From contig JACOUI010000261.1 of NCBI GenBank assembly GCA_016177915.1, forward strand, positions 4,924 to 68,923: 64,000 nt of DNA. Reading direction: 5' to 3'. The stretch is from Planctomycetia bacterium (lineage in GTDB: Bacteria; Planctomycetota; Planctomycetia; Pirellulales; S012-138). Below the pieces are notes generated by a model. The model did no database searches and was not told the DNA's origin. It worked only from the letters and a program-made list of their open reading frames with translations. A program made the position numbers and the translations under genes. Positions 36,501 through 44,294 of this stretch are shown one piece after another (within the stretch, counting starts at the first letter, position 1; each line of letters starts with the position of its first letter).

Positions 36501-37245
36501 GGAACTCGGCAATGAACTTCTCGCAACACATGACCAGCACGGGACGCCGTGCCATCCCGCCCGTGTTCTCCAAGTTGCCCGAGCCGGAATGTCGTACCTC
36601 AAACAACTTCGTGGACCGGACCAAGACAACGACGCCCACGACGTTCGCTGTCGCATTGACGGCCTCTTCCGCCAAGCGCAAGCCGCCTGCGACCGGCCGG
36701 AATGGTCATCCGACCGAAATTCGAACCTTTTAGCCGTCCTCTCAACCTGGGCAACGTACTCGATGCAGAATTCCCCGCAACTCGTCTCGCAGATCCGTCA
36801 ACTCAATGACGATATCTGGAACCTCTTGAAGTCCAACACGCCCGCTTCCCTTGTATGGGGGGAGTGGTTCGAACTCGTGGCCGATCGTGAGACGAACCAC
36901 GCCGATGCCGCTGCGATCTACGCCCTGGCAATCGAAAACGTCCCCGCTTGGCACCAAAACTGGATCAAGGGTGTCGGAGCCGAAGTCCTCGGCGGCCTAA
37001 TCAACCCTCCAATCTGCAAAAAACTAACCGCGAAACCACCCGACCAAATCGCCCACATCCTCAAGAAAGCGGCGCTCGGCCTCAAGGATCTACAAACCGG
37101 GCACGCCAGCGACGTCGTTCACGATCGATGGCGTAGCGGCGCGGCTTTTTTCTTCTCCCATTGGAGCGCAAACACCAACGTTCAGCCCTTTCTCGCCCCC
37201 TATCGCTTTCTCCAGAGAAGCCAGCCGCGACCACGGTCCCCCTGA
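33544..37245 (+). CDS. 1233-aa protein of unknown function with Lon-like Ser/Lys signature and helical C-terminal third
   Basis: Uninterrupted ORF with ordinary composition. SIEGGSAEAYFAQAVLHRLLG (Ser331) and GGSKDKLELVHAS (Lys462/464) resemble Lon S16 GPSAG / GGxKEK blocks. No Walker A seen. Confidence 0.75.
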   Translation: MSEPTWTTYDSFQKWAGAHRVGVWATNMKAHYDAGDRAAASSWCERLSATLQNHKILAAFPPSVLYLLRSALLRVGTGARPILTHDLQTAATAIDDSLRRLTGGSDGEPQSAWPPLVAAQVLAHNILSGTAPATAILRLGRACSPSGSWRRTHWSRMLHDGPALQCCEDLLPVLRSLTSTTYDRLEAIGKLSGVMANVPYRNQITNALYHAVLCWPLLVVLVERPDRPRLISGALSLPVIIDVRFGPAPSDKTTNDSAPSTRDRCIVLPTDDALNAFQLHLRKAMDAAKDLWMSKHRNYGPFCKAVERADVVFDFTIARYVDPEASIEGGSAEAYFAQAVLHRLLGRLGTLSSVASGHIDRVAVLDNLPKELTPKGLKRTMQLAVRGYANKKETGPLEVIPGTRSNAGEKRLLWTDVWTGRKALQWRHVLWQQSTVPDYRDQVGSLFRRYGHLYLRKAGGSKDKLELVHASHFFERIVLHQATERELLKDQLCERGIKDNAARKIVRQFHPERVRLQLAVYDWLTQNRDARVARNGAAWLAKAIRENFQPPTGFQSAPGALSTYQSPTAEVISVPTPQHMADVMQVAGWRRHHYIRCPDLMWAFHEQYNEALPGLLPAEPGSAVDRVLAQLQDNTAPVLELRAAPQTVLSALWHINYELRDRSVKAFSWACLRLARDEMDARFWQTFWRVLGAPLEVVQQFLLTPTPAAAATLLVEALSHFSPAPAAPGYRAPEVILLIGTDRFAESLAKHTGPLSSRPLALPFVLKELRSHGVPYYTPLERHLGRTRIICVPEDQQLTLNAAPPACEISQADRLFLRAVRTFRWGFTQQMASMMLQVLADDQQLRAAWPRHYALRENLSRLREERLLRYGQGVYHLPPDVRDALGPPHAPRDDARLHLAAGVAIAPYTARRPVPSLAFDLAFLPENVHEASHHFRTAFSLAQGVDERLADHARNNLQHVCRFVELRDWGLQSELTKGKDALLDAWELGNELLATHDQHGTPCHPARVLQVARAGMSYLKQLRGPDQDNDAHDVRCRIDGLFRQAQAACDRPEWSSDRNSNLLAVLSTWATYSMQNSPQLVSQIRQLNDDIWNLLKSNTPASLVWGEWFELVADRETNHADAAAIYALAIENVPAWHQNWIKGVGAEVLGGLINPPICKKLTAKPPDQIAHILKKAALGLKDLQTGHASDVVHDRWRSGAAFFFSHWSANTNVQPFLAPYRFLQRSQPRPRSP

Positions 37246-37489
37246 CCCTGCCGCTCCACGTCGCCGCGTCTTTCCTAGAACGGCGATCCCTCCACGTCCG
37301 TCCGACTCAAAACGGTGCACAGCTGCACCGCACCCCGGCCCTACCCTCTTGCCGCGCAGCATTCCGTCCAAAAGTCTAATCCCCCGCCAATTCCGACTTT
37401 CCCGAAAAACGTCAAACCAATTCCCTATTCCTTTAGCCCCCACACCGTCGTCAATCCCGCGAGTCTCGACACGCCCCACACCAAAAACC

Positions 37490-38425
37490 ATGAGTACAAC
37501 ACGCCCGATCTCTAAACGGCCAAACCGCGCCATCGAGATTTCCACGTACGACGACCTTGACCGTTTCCTCCGCCGCTTCGCCGACGGGCATTTCAACCTT
37601 CTGATGATCATCGGCCGTCCCGGCCTACAAAAGAGCCGAGCCGTACGCGCCGTCGTGCCCGAGGACGCCGTCTGCTGGATCGAAGGTAACGCCACGGCGT
37701 TTGGTGCTTACCAAAAAATCTTTGAGCACCGCCACAAGCCCATCATCGTCGTCGACGACGTCGACTCACTCTACGCCGATCGAAGCGCGGTTCGCCTTTT
37801 GAAATGCCTCTGCCAGACCGAGCATCTCAAACGCCTCGCATGGCACTCAAATGCCGCCGCGCTCGACACCCTCGGAATCCCACGCGAATTCACAACGGCT
37901 GCGCGAGTGGCCATCATCGCCAATCAGTGGAAAACCCTCAACCCAAACGTCGCCGCCCTCGAGGATCGCGGCCACCTCCTGTTTTTCAACCCTTCACCAC
38001 TTGAGGTCCACACCCGCACGGCCGAGTGGTTCTGGGACCAGAAAGTCTTCGATTTTTTTTCCGCCCACCTCCATCTAATCCCAGACATCTCCATGCGCCA
38101 CTACTTTCGTGCCGCCGAATTAAAGCGCGCCGGCCTCAACTGGAAGCACCTTGTTCTTCAGCAGTTCTTGCCGGACCACAATACCCTGTTGGTGGCTCAG
38201 TTGAAGCTCGATCCCACCTACCAAACCGAACAACAACGAGTTGAAGCCTTCAAAGCGAAGACGCGATGCTGCAGGGCAACGTATTTCAACCATTCCCGTC
38301 GCTTGGCTCCCCAGATTCCCGTCGCCCCGATCCGGCTAACAAGTCCGCCGCCGGCCAGCCGCCTCGATTGGTCACAATTCCTGAAAGCCCTCCCCAATTC
38401 ACGGCCGCGCGCCCAAACTGGCTAG
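37490..38425 (+). CDS. AAA (AAA_22/TniB-like) ATPase
   Basis: Walker A-like IIGRPGLQKSRAV, Walker B PIIVVDDVDSLY. ATG 37490 chosen because the upstream ORF part is Pro-rich, low-complexity sequence. Confidence 0.65.
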   Translation: MSTTRPISKRPNRAIEISTYDDLDRFLRRFADGHFNLLMIIGRPGLQKSRAVRAVVPEDAVCWIEGNATAFGAYQKIFEHRHKPIIVVDDVDSLYADRSAVRLLKCLCQTEHLKRLAWHSNAAALDTLGIPREFTTAARVAIIANQWKTLNPNVAALEDRGHLLFFNPSPLEVHTRTAEWFWDQKVFDFFSAHLHLIPDISMRHYFRAAELKRAGLNWKHLVLQQFLPDHNTLLVAQLKLDPTYQTEQQRVEAFKAKTRCCRATYFNHSRRLAPQIPVAPIRLTSPPPASRLDWSQFLKALPNSRPRAQTG

Positions 38426-38876
38426 ACTCTTAGACTCTCACGCCGCAGTCACGCCCTCACTTCTCCCGAGCTTTCTTCCCAGCGACCCGTGGACGTCTGG
38501 GAGTTTCAGACATCTCGCCCCCCAAGCACGTGCCAGAAGGCCCAAACATCACCAATCATGCACCTCAAAAAACATCTCGATTTGCATCGCTTCACCGTGA
38601 CGTGCTACGATTCATCCGACCACCTATGCCGCCTTTCGTCTACGTTGTTCAAACTCACCGCGACGTCGAGGCGCTCCAACACCTGGGCCTCCGGACGCTT
38701 TTGCGTCCCGACGCTTTGACGCCCAAACACCCAGCATCTCTAAACGCTTTGGCACTCCAGACGTCTCAAACGACTGAACCTTCCGGCGACCCGACTCCTC
38801 GGGCGCCCAAACGATTTGACCCCAAGATCCCCCAACGCTCAAACGTCGGCGGTCCGAACGTTTCAACGTCTCGCGT

Positions 38877-39659
38877 ATGCCTCGCCGCATTGCATGGCTG
38901 AACGAAAAGGGCGGATCGGGCAAGAGCACCAGCGCCTTGAACCTGGCCGCGAATCTGGCGTCCCGGTTCGGCAAAAAGATCCTTCTAGTGGACGCCGACC
39001 ATCAGGCCAACACGACCATCGTCCTCAGCCGCGGCCGACCGCTTGAAGTCACGCTCACGCACGTCATGCTCGGCAAAGCGCCCATCGAGCAGGCGATCGT
39101 CCCCACGCGCTACCACAACCTGGACTTGGTTCCGGCCGACGCCTCGCTGTCCGACGTGAACGTGGCCCTGGCCGATAGCGGCAGCCCCTTGGGGCTGGGC
39201 AGGGAATGGCGGCTCAAGCGGACCCTGGAAAAGATCGACGAAGCCTACGACTTCGTGATCCTCGACACCGGCCCGCAGCGCACCGTCCTCAACCTGAACG
39301 TTCTCAACTACGCCCACGAGGTCTTTGTGCCCGTCGATCCGGGCTACTGGAGCATCCTGGGCGTGCGGCACCTCGAAGACCTGATCGCCCAGGTGCGGCA
39401 GCACATGGACCACAAGGCCCTGCGAATCGGCGGCGTGCTGCTCACGAAAATGCAATACACCAACGTGGCCGACGAGGTTGAAAAGCAACTTCGCCATTAT
39501 CTCGGCAACCGCGTCTTCCACACGACGATCCCGCTCAACGTCAAGGTCGAGGAAGCCCACAGCCGCGGCCTGGCCGTCCTCGACTACGCCCCCGACAGTG
39601 CCGGCGCCAAGGCGTACCTGGCCTTTACCAAGGAGGTGCTCGCCAATGGCCAAGCCTAA
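38877..39659 (+). CDS. parA: ParA-family partition ATPase
   Basis: IAWLNEKGGSGKSTSALNLAANLA (deviant Walker A), LLVDADHQANTT, VILDTGP. Confidence 0.9.
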   Translation: MPRRIAWLNEKGGSGKSTSALNLAANLASRFGKKILLVDADHQANTTIVLSRGRPLEVTLTHVMLGKAPIEQAIVPTRYHNLDLVPADASLSDVNVALADSGSPLGLGREWRLKRTLEKIDEAYDFVILDTGPQRTVLNLNVLNYAHEVFVPVDPGYWSILGVRHLEDLIAQVRQHMDHKALRIGGVLLTKMQYTNVADEVEKQLRHYLGNRVFHTTIPLNVKVEEAHSRGLAVLDYAPDSAGAKAYLAFTKEVLANGQA

Positions 39660-39981
39660 GACAACCGGGCTAGGCGAGTCCCTTTTGCTGCGGCGTACCG
39701 ATCCGCCGGCCGACCGCCCACGCAAGCCCGCCAAAAACGGCCAGGAGAGAAAGGAGGCTCCGCCGATCGAACCCGCCGGGGCCGACGATCCCGCGCCAGC
39801 CGACCCGCTTTCGACCGTTCACCGGGCCGTGCCACGTGATCGAACGACGCTTTATCTGGACCAGGACGTAAACGACTGGCTTGACCTGGCCGCCCGGATC
39901 GAGCGGAAGCAGCGTTCCGAGCTCGCTTCCGAGATCCTTCGCAAGCACCTGCCGCGTTACCGAATCGAGCCGGAGAAGTAG
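39646..39981 (+). CDS. ribbon-helix-helix (ParG/CopG-like) partner of ParA
   Basis: ATG 39646 after AGGAGG, overlapping the parA end. Disordered basic N-terminus, then TTLYLDQDVNDWLDLAARIERKQRSELASEILRKHL (RHH pattern). Confidence 0.6.
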   Translation: MAKPKTTGLGESLLLRRTDPPADRPRKPAKNGQERKEAPPIEPAGADDPAPADPLSTVHRAVPRDRTTLYLDQDVNDWLDLAARIERKQRSELASEILRKHLPRYRIEPEK

Positions 39982-39990
39982 GGAAGGGGA

Positions 39991-40075
39991 TGGGTGCTTG
40001 GATGCAAGACGGCCGGGTGCCTGGACGCAACCCGGTGGGTGCTTGGAAACAAGAGAGTGGGTGCTTGGAAACAAG
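39991..40075 (+). repeat. four 18-bp direct repeats (iterons / centromere-like), 22-23 bp period
   Basis: TGGGTGCTTGGATGCAAG (39991), CGGGTGCCTGGACGCAAC (40014), TGGGTGCTTGGAAACAAG (40036 and 40058). Located between the RHH gene and repA. Confidence 0.9.
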
Positions 40076-40256
40076 CCCGCCATCGAGCCTTTGGCTGAAC
40101 AGAGCCAAGGAAGGCCGCCCAGTCCGTCCGACGATCTTATTTGTTGTCTACGTCACACCGGGTAGCCGGCCCTGGGGAAAACTCCGGCTCCGATCGCTGG
40201 TGTACACTGAGGAAAAACCGACAAAGAAACATGCGTGATTTCGTCAAGCATTTTCC

Positions 40257-41735
40257 ATGCAGCGACCCGATAGGGGAGACAACCTACAAGAGACGCTTCA
40301 GGCGCCGCCGCCGAAGCTTGTCAAAGTTGAGGCCAACCTGCTTCGGCTGCCGCTCTTTGCCCTGTCCACGAAGGGCCTCAGGAACCTCGACGGCCTGGAG
40401 ATCAACAGCACCCTGACGCGGCAGGGGAGAACCCGCCAGTTCACCCTGCGCGTGACCCGCAACACGGCCACGCCGTACCCTGGCCCGCTGGCCCGCGCCG
40501 CCCACCTGGCTTTTCTGAGCATCCTCACCGAGCGCGGCTTTCCCTGCGAGAACCCGATCACCTGGAATTGGCGCGACCTGTGCCGGCGAATCGGCATCGC
40601 TTACTCGGGCCGCACGGCCCAGCACCTGAAGAGGGCCATCCAATCCACGGCCGGCCTGATGATCCACAGCGAGGACGCGCTGTATTCGAAGGCGTCCGGC
40701 CAGCCGATCCGAACGCCGCGCGGCGTCGTGCTCCACCTGTACGAGACCGTGGCCTTCGTCCACGACCCGCTGCCCGACGGCCGCGAGGCCGACGCCAACT
40801 ACCTGTGGCTCAGCCCGTGGTACCTGGAAAACCTGAACGCCTACTTCACGGCCCCGCTAGACCACGACTTCTGGCGGTTCCTCGACCGCCGCAGCACGAT
40901 TGCCAGCCGGCTGTACGAATTCCTGCTGCTCAATTTTTACAGCGGCACCGACCTGCTCCGCCTGAACTACCCGACGCTAGCGCAGTTCATGCCCCTGCGG
41001 CCGAAGCGGCATTTTTCTGAGGCCCAGCGACAGCTCGACCCGGCCTTTCGGCTTCTAGCGGCGCAAAAGGTTTTGCGAGACGCAGTCTGGCAGCGCAAGC
41101 CGGCGGTTGTCGCCGAACTTCGTCTCCGGCCGGGCGAGCGACTCGCAACCCGCAGCCGGCTCCTTCCCGGCGGCGCAATCCAAGAGCAGTTCGCCAACGC
41201 ATTCCAAGTCCGCGAGCTCCGCAACCTCCAGCCGCCGGAGTGGGGGATTGTGCGCGACTTCTACGAACGCTGGGCGCCGGAGGTCGAGCATCGCCCTACG
41301 CCGAAGGAATTGGCCTTGGCCCGCCTGCTGATCGATGAACATGGCCAGGCCAAGGCCAAGAGTGTCGTGCCGGTCGTTGTCGCCAGTCTTCGCCAGCGCT
41401 GGCCCGAGGCCAAGACGTTCGGGGCAATCGTCCCGTACCTGCCGGACGCGATCCGCGAAGTCGAAGGAACGGAACAGCGAACTCGGGATCGTCGCAGGAA
41501 TGCACGTCGCATGCGCGAAGAAGAGGAGGCCCGTTCGCGCGAAAAGGAACGGCAAACGGTATTTCGTCTCCGCTGGCAGCCCAGGTGGCAAGCACTGTCG
41601 GAGGCCGACCGTCACGAGATCGAGTCGGCTGTTCTGAAAGGAAATCCGCACCTGCGCAAGGCCCCCGGCATCCTTGAATCCCTGTGCCTACGTGAACTCG
41701 CCCAGCGGAGTGAGGCAGATTCTGCCGAAAACTAG
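40257..41735 (+). CDS. repA: plasmid replication initiator, RepA (RPA family)-like
   Basis: VEANLLRLPLFALSTKG...FTLRVTRNTATPYPGPLARAAHLAFLSILTERGF...WLSPWYLENL resembles Replication initiator protein A. Adjacent iterons support the call. Start uncertain. Confidence 0.65.
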   Translation: MQRPDRGDNLQETLQAPPPKLVKVEANLLRLPLFALSTKGLRNLDGLEINSTLTRQGRTRQFTLRVTRNTATPYPGPLARAAHLAFLSILTERGFPCENPITWNWRDLCRRIGIAYSGRTAQHLKRAIQSTAGLMIHSEDALYSKASGQPIRTPRGVVLHLYETVAFVHDPLPDGREADANYLWLSPWYLENLNAYFTAPLDHDFWRFLDRRSTIASRLYEFLLLNFYSGTDLLRLNYPTLAQFMPLRPKRHFSEAQRQLDPAFRLLAAQKVLRDAVWQRKPAVVAELRLRPGERLATRSRLLPGGAIQEQFANAFQVRELRNLQPPEWGIVRDFYERWAPEVEHRPTPKELALARLLIDEHGQAKAKSVVPVVVASLRQRWPEAKTFGAIVPYLPDAIREVEGTEQRTRDRRRNARRMREEEEARSREKERQTVFRLRWQPRWQALSEADRHEIESAVLKGNPHLRKAPGILESLCLRELAQRSEADSAEN

Positions 41736-41746
41736 CGTTGCCAACG

Positions 41747-43141
41747 ATGGGCAATACGGGAGGGAACAGCACGGAACGGGAACGGCCAAAAAACGGCCAG
41801 CAGAGCCACGGCCACGGCGTCGCCCTTCCGCGCATGCGCGACGTTCAGGCCGACTGTGGCCTTTTTCCGTCGCATTCGCGCCGGCTGCGGGGTAGCGAGA
41901 CGCTACCCAAAAAGGCCACAGTCGCCCTGAGGGCGACGCCGAACGGCTACCCGGACAACAGCACTTCCGCTGACTGCCCGAAGGCAGACAGCGAAACAGC
42001 CAACGGCACAACCGTCAACCGCTTAACCGCGAACGGCCCGCCGACGGCGACAACGGCCCCGAAAGCGCGCCGGATTTGCACGGCTTGGGACCTGCCCAGT
42101 CTTATTCGGCCGATGCCGCTGCGGCGCAACAGGCGAGTCCGCAAGCCGAACATTTTGCGACATTACCCGGCGCTCGTCGAATACGTCTTCAACAGCCGCT
42201 ACGCGACGGCTTCGCAGGTCGAGCGGCGGTTTCCGGAGTGGCTGACGTCCGACCGCACGGCCCGCTGGCAAATGACGAGCTTGGTCGAGCTGCGCCTTTT
42301 GGGAATCGCGTCGGTCCGGTCGACGTCGCCGAACTTTCCGTTCGTCTACTTCGCCACGCCGAGGGGAGTGCGGTTGATCCGCGACACGTACGCCAGGCTC
42401 GGCGTTACGTGGAAAGCGTCAGCCACGGAGGAAAGCCGGCTCCGCGGTCAGGCGATGGACACGGTGCTGCACGAACTGCTCGTCACGGAATTCGAACTGG
42501 CCGTCTGGCAAACGGTCCGCAGTAAGGAAGACCTGGAGCTCGTGTTCACGGAACGCCGCTACTTCCGCCGCGACCGCCAATTGAGATTCGGACACGAGGG
42601 CAGGGTACACCGCATCGCGCCGGATGCTGGTTTTCTGGTCACCTGGCCGCGGGAGGGAACGGCTGATGGAACGACGCAAAATAAAGCTTTTGCGACAGAC
42701 CGCGACGGCCTGCTGCATTTCGTTGAGCTTGACAACGGCACGATGAGCCCTCAGCGCATCCGCGAAAAGTTCCAGGCCTACGCGCGCTGGGCGCGATCAG
42801 AGTCGGCCGAGCGATACCTGCGCGACGTGTACGACCGCGCCGGACTGCCGGGCCGCCGTCCCAACTTCCGCCTGCTCATAATTGCCCACGACAAGCTGCA
42901 CCCCGGCCGCGACGACGCCCGGCTGCAGGTGCTGCTCGCTCAAGCTCTCACACTGCCGCTTGACGTGCGGAGAAAAGTGTGGCTTACCGCGGCGCAGCGG
43001 CTCCGTGAGCAGCAGCACTCCCCTGCCCCGCTCGCCGCGTCGATTTGGCTCCACGCCCGCGACGCCGGGCCCGCTCGGGACGACTTGCACCACGAGCGCG
43101 CAGTCCTCGCGGCAATCCCTCTCAAATCGCTGTACAGCTAA
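41747..43141 (+). CDS. replication-relaxation family protein, paralogue 1
   Basis: wHTH-like RHYPALVEYVFNSRYATASQVERRF...LVELRLLG, HELLVTEFELAVW, FVELDNGTMS. Shares the block TAWDLPSLIRP with the paralogue at 55525-56616. Start uncertain (TTG 41738 / ATG 41747). Confidence 0.65.
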   Translation: MGNTGGNSTERERPKNGQQSHGHGVALPRMRDVQADCGLFPSHSRRLRGSETLPKKATVALRATPNGYPDNSTSADCPKADSETANGTTVNRLTANGPPTATTAPKARRICTAWDLPSLIRPMPLRRNRRVRKPNILRHYPALVEYVFNSRYATASQVERRFPEWLTSDRTARWQMTSLVELRLLGIASVRSTSPNFPFVYFATPRGVRLIRDTYARLGVTWKASATEESRLRGQAMDTVLHELLVTEFELAVWQTVRSKEDLELVFTERRYFRRDRQLRFGHEGRVHRIAPDAGFLVTWPREGTADGTTQNKAFATDRDGLLHFVELDNGTMSPQRIREKFQAYARWARSESAERYLRDVYDRAGLPGRRPNFRLLIIAHDKLHPGRDDARLQVLLAQALTLPLDVRRKVWLTAAQRLREQQHSPAPLAASIWLHARDAGPARDDLHHERAVLAAIPLKSLYS

Positions 43142-43367
43142 ATCACTCGTCGCCAGGGTCCGTGACGGCCTCGATGACTCAATCGTCTAGACAGCGAACC
43201 CTCGCCGGCCGTCCAGCCATTTGTCTTCGACGCAGGCCGGAGCTTCGTACGAAGGTCGTCTCCGACGCGCTGACCGAGAATCCCGCCACCAAAATCCCTA
43301 TAGCCAGTAGCGGCGTCACCGCGTGCCTCGCCGATCCGTCAGTCATCGACCGTCCCGAGTCTCGACG

Positions 43368-43883
43368 ATGGCCATTACCACCACAAGCGCCAAGTCGCGC
43401 GCGATGGCGCTCCCCTCCGCCGTCGATATCGCGAATTTTGCGGGTGCTACTTGCCAGGTTTATGGAACTCTCGGATTGGCTGGTCTTGCCGGTGTGCTGA
43501 GTCTGGGCGCGCTCTTGCTGTCAACGCCGAGGCTCATGCACAAAGTCCTGAATCGACGAGGGCCTAAGCCATCCGATCCGTGTCCGCCTGATCCTCAACC
43601 GCCAGCCGCCACCATTTCCGCAGTGTCTCAGTTGGTCCGCGGCGCTACGAGTTGCACCGTCCGGTTCCGCCAACAAACGACGAATGGCTTCGAGGCGACC
43701 ACGACCCTTTTTATCGACTTCTCGCGCAACAAGCTTCCGCACGGCCGGCGTGCCAAATGCGCACGCCGGCGAAAACGTAAACGTGCATCAGCCGCGAAAG
43801 AGGAGCCTTCGCGGCAGATCCGATCGCTCACGAACACAAGCGACGGCCCCAGGGCGCCGCCTGCCCAGGGGCACGCGGCGTGA
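43368..43883 (+). CDS. hypothetical single-pass membrane protein
   Basis: MAITTTSAK...; one hydrophobic helix (GTLGLAGLAGVLSLGALLL); basic tail. Weak coding evidence. Confidence 0.35.
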   Translation: MAITTTSAKSRAMALPSAVDIANFAGATCQVYGTLGLAGLAGVLSLGALLLSTPRLMHKVLNRRGPKPSDPCPPDPQPPAATISAVSQLVRGATSCTVRFRQQTTNGFEATTTLFIDFSRNKLPHGRRAKCARRRKRKRASAAKEEPSRQIRSLTNTSDGPRAPPAQGHAA

Positions 43884-43933
43884 AACGAAACTATGCCAGC
43901 GACTTAGACCGTTCTAGAAGGGAGCACGTGATC

Positions 43934-44278
43934 ATGTCGCCACGCGCCACGCGCTTGCTCGTCTTCGCCGTGATCTTCACCGTGTTTGCCGGGCTTGCGG
44001 GCTTCGTATCGGCCCTGCTCTGCTTCATTCCCGCGCCCTATCTCTTCCCTCTGGCGTACCACCTCTCCCATCGGGTCGCCTGGGACCTCACCGCGAACTT
44101 CGTTTCGCGACTGCAGTGCCCGCGCTGCGCCTTTCAACTCCCCGCCGTCGGCGTTTGGACGGTGGGTTCCTACACGGACCATCACGAGCAGAACATCTAC
44201 AACGTCCGCAGCCCCATCGACGGCAAGCACATCGGATGGATCGATTGCCCGCAGTGCGGCTCAACGATCGTCCTTTAA
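43934..44278 (+). CDS. hypothetical membrane protein with zinc-ribbon (CPRC...CPQC)
   Basis: ATG 43934 after AAGGGAG. TM helices LLVFAVIFTVFAGLAGFVSALLCFI, then CPRC...CPQC. Confidence 0.5.
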   Translation: MSPRATRLLVFAVIFTVFAGLAGFVSALLCFIPAPYLFPLAYHLSHRVAWDLTANFVSRLQCPRCAFQLPAVGVWTVGSYTDHHEQNIYNVRSPIDGKHIGWIDCPQCGSTIVL

Positions 44279-44294
44279 GCGAGCGCACAGCAAC

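Noticed and set aside
39991-40075. Evenly spaced direct repeats considered as a mini CRISPR array
   Set aside because: The repeats are 18 bp with only 4-5 bp between them and no spacers. Their position between the par and rep genes fits iterons or a centromere instead.
43986-44294. N-terminal ~100 codons of the 963-aa ORF-track version of the coupling ATPase
   Set aside because: This part overlaps the better-supported zinc-ribbon membrane gene (43934-44278) in another frame and is Pro/Ser/Arg-rich. ATG 44295 directly follows that gene's stop.
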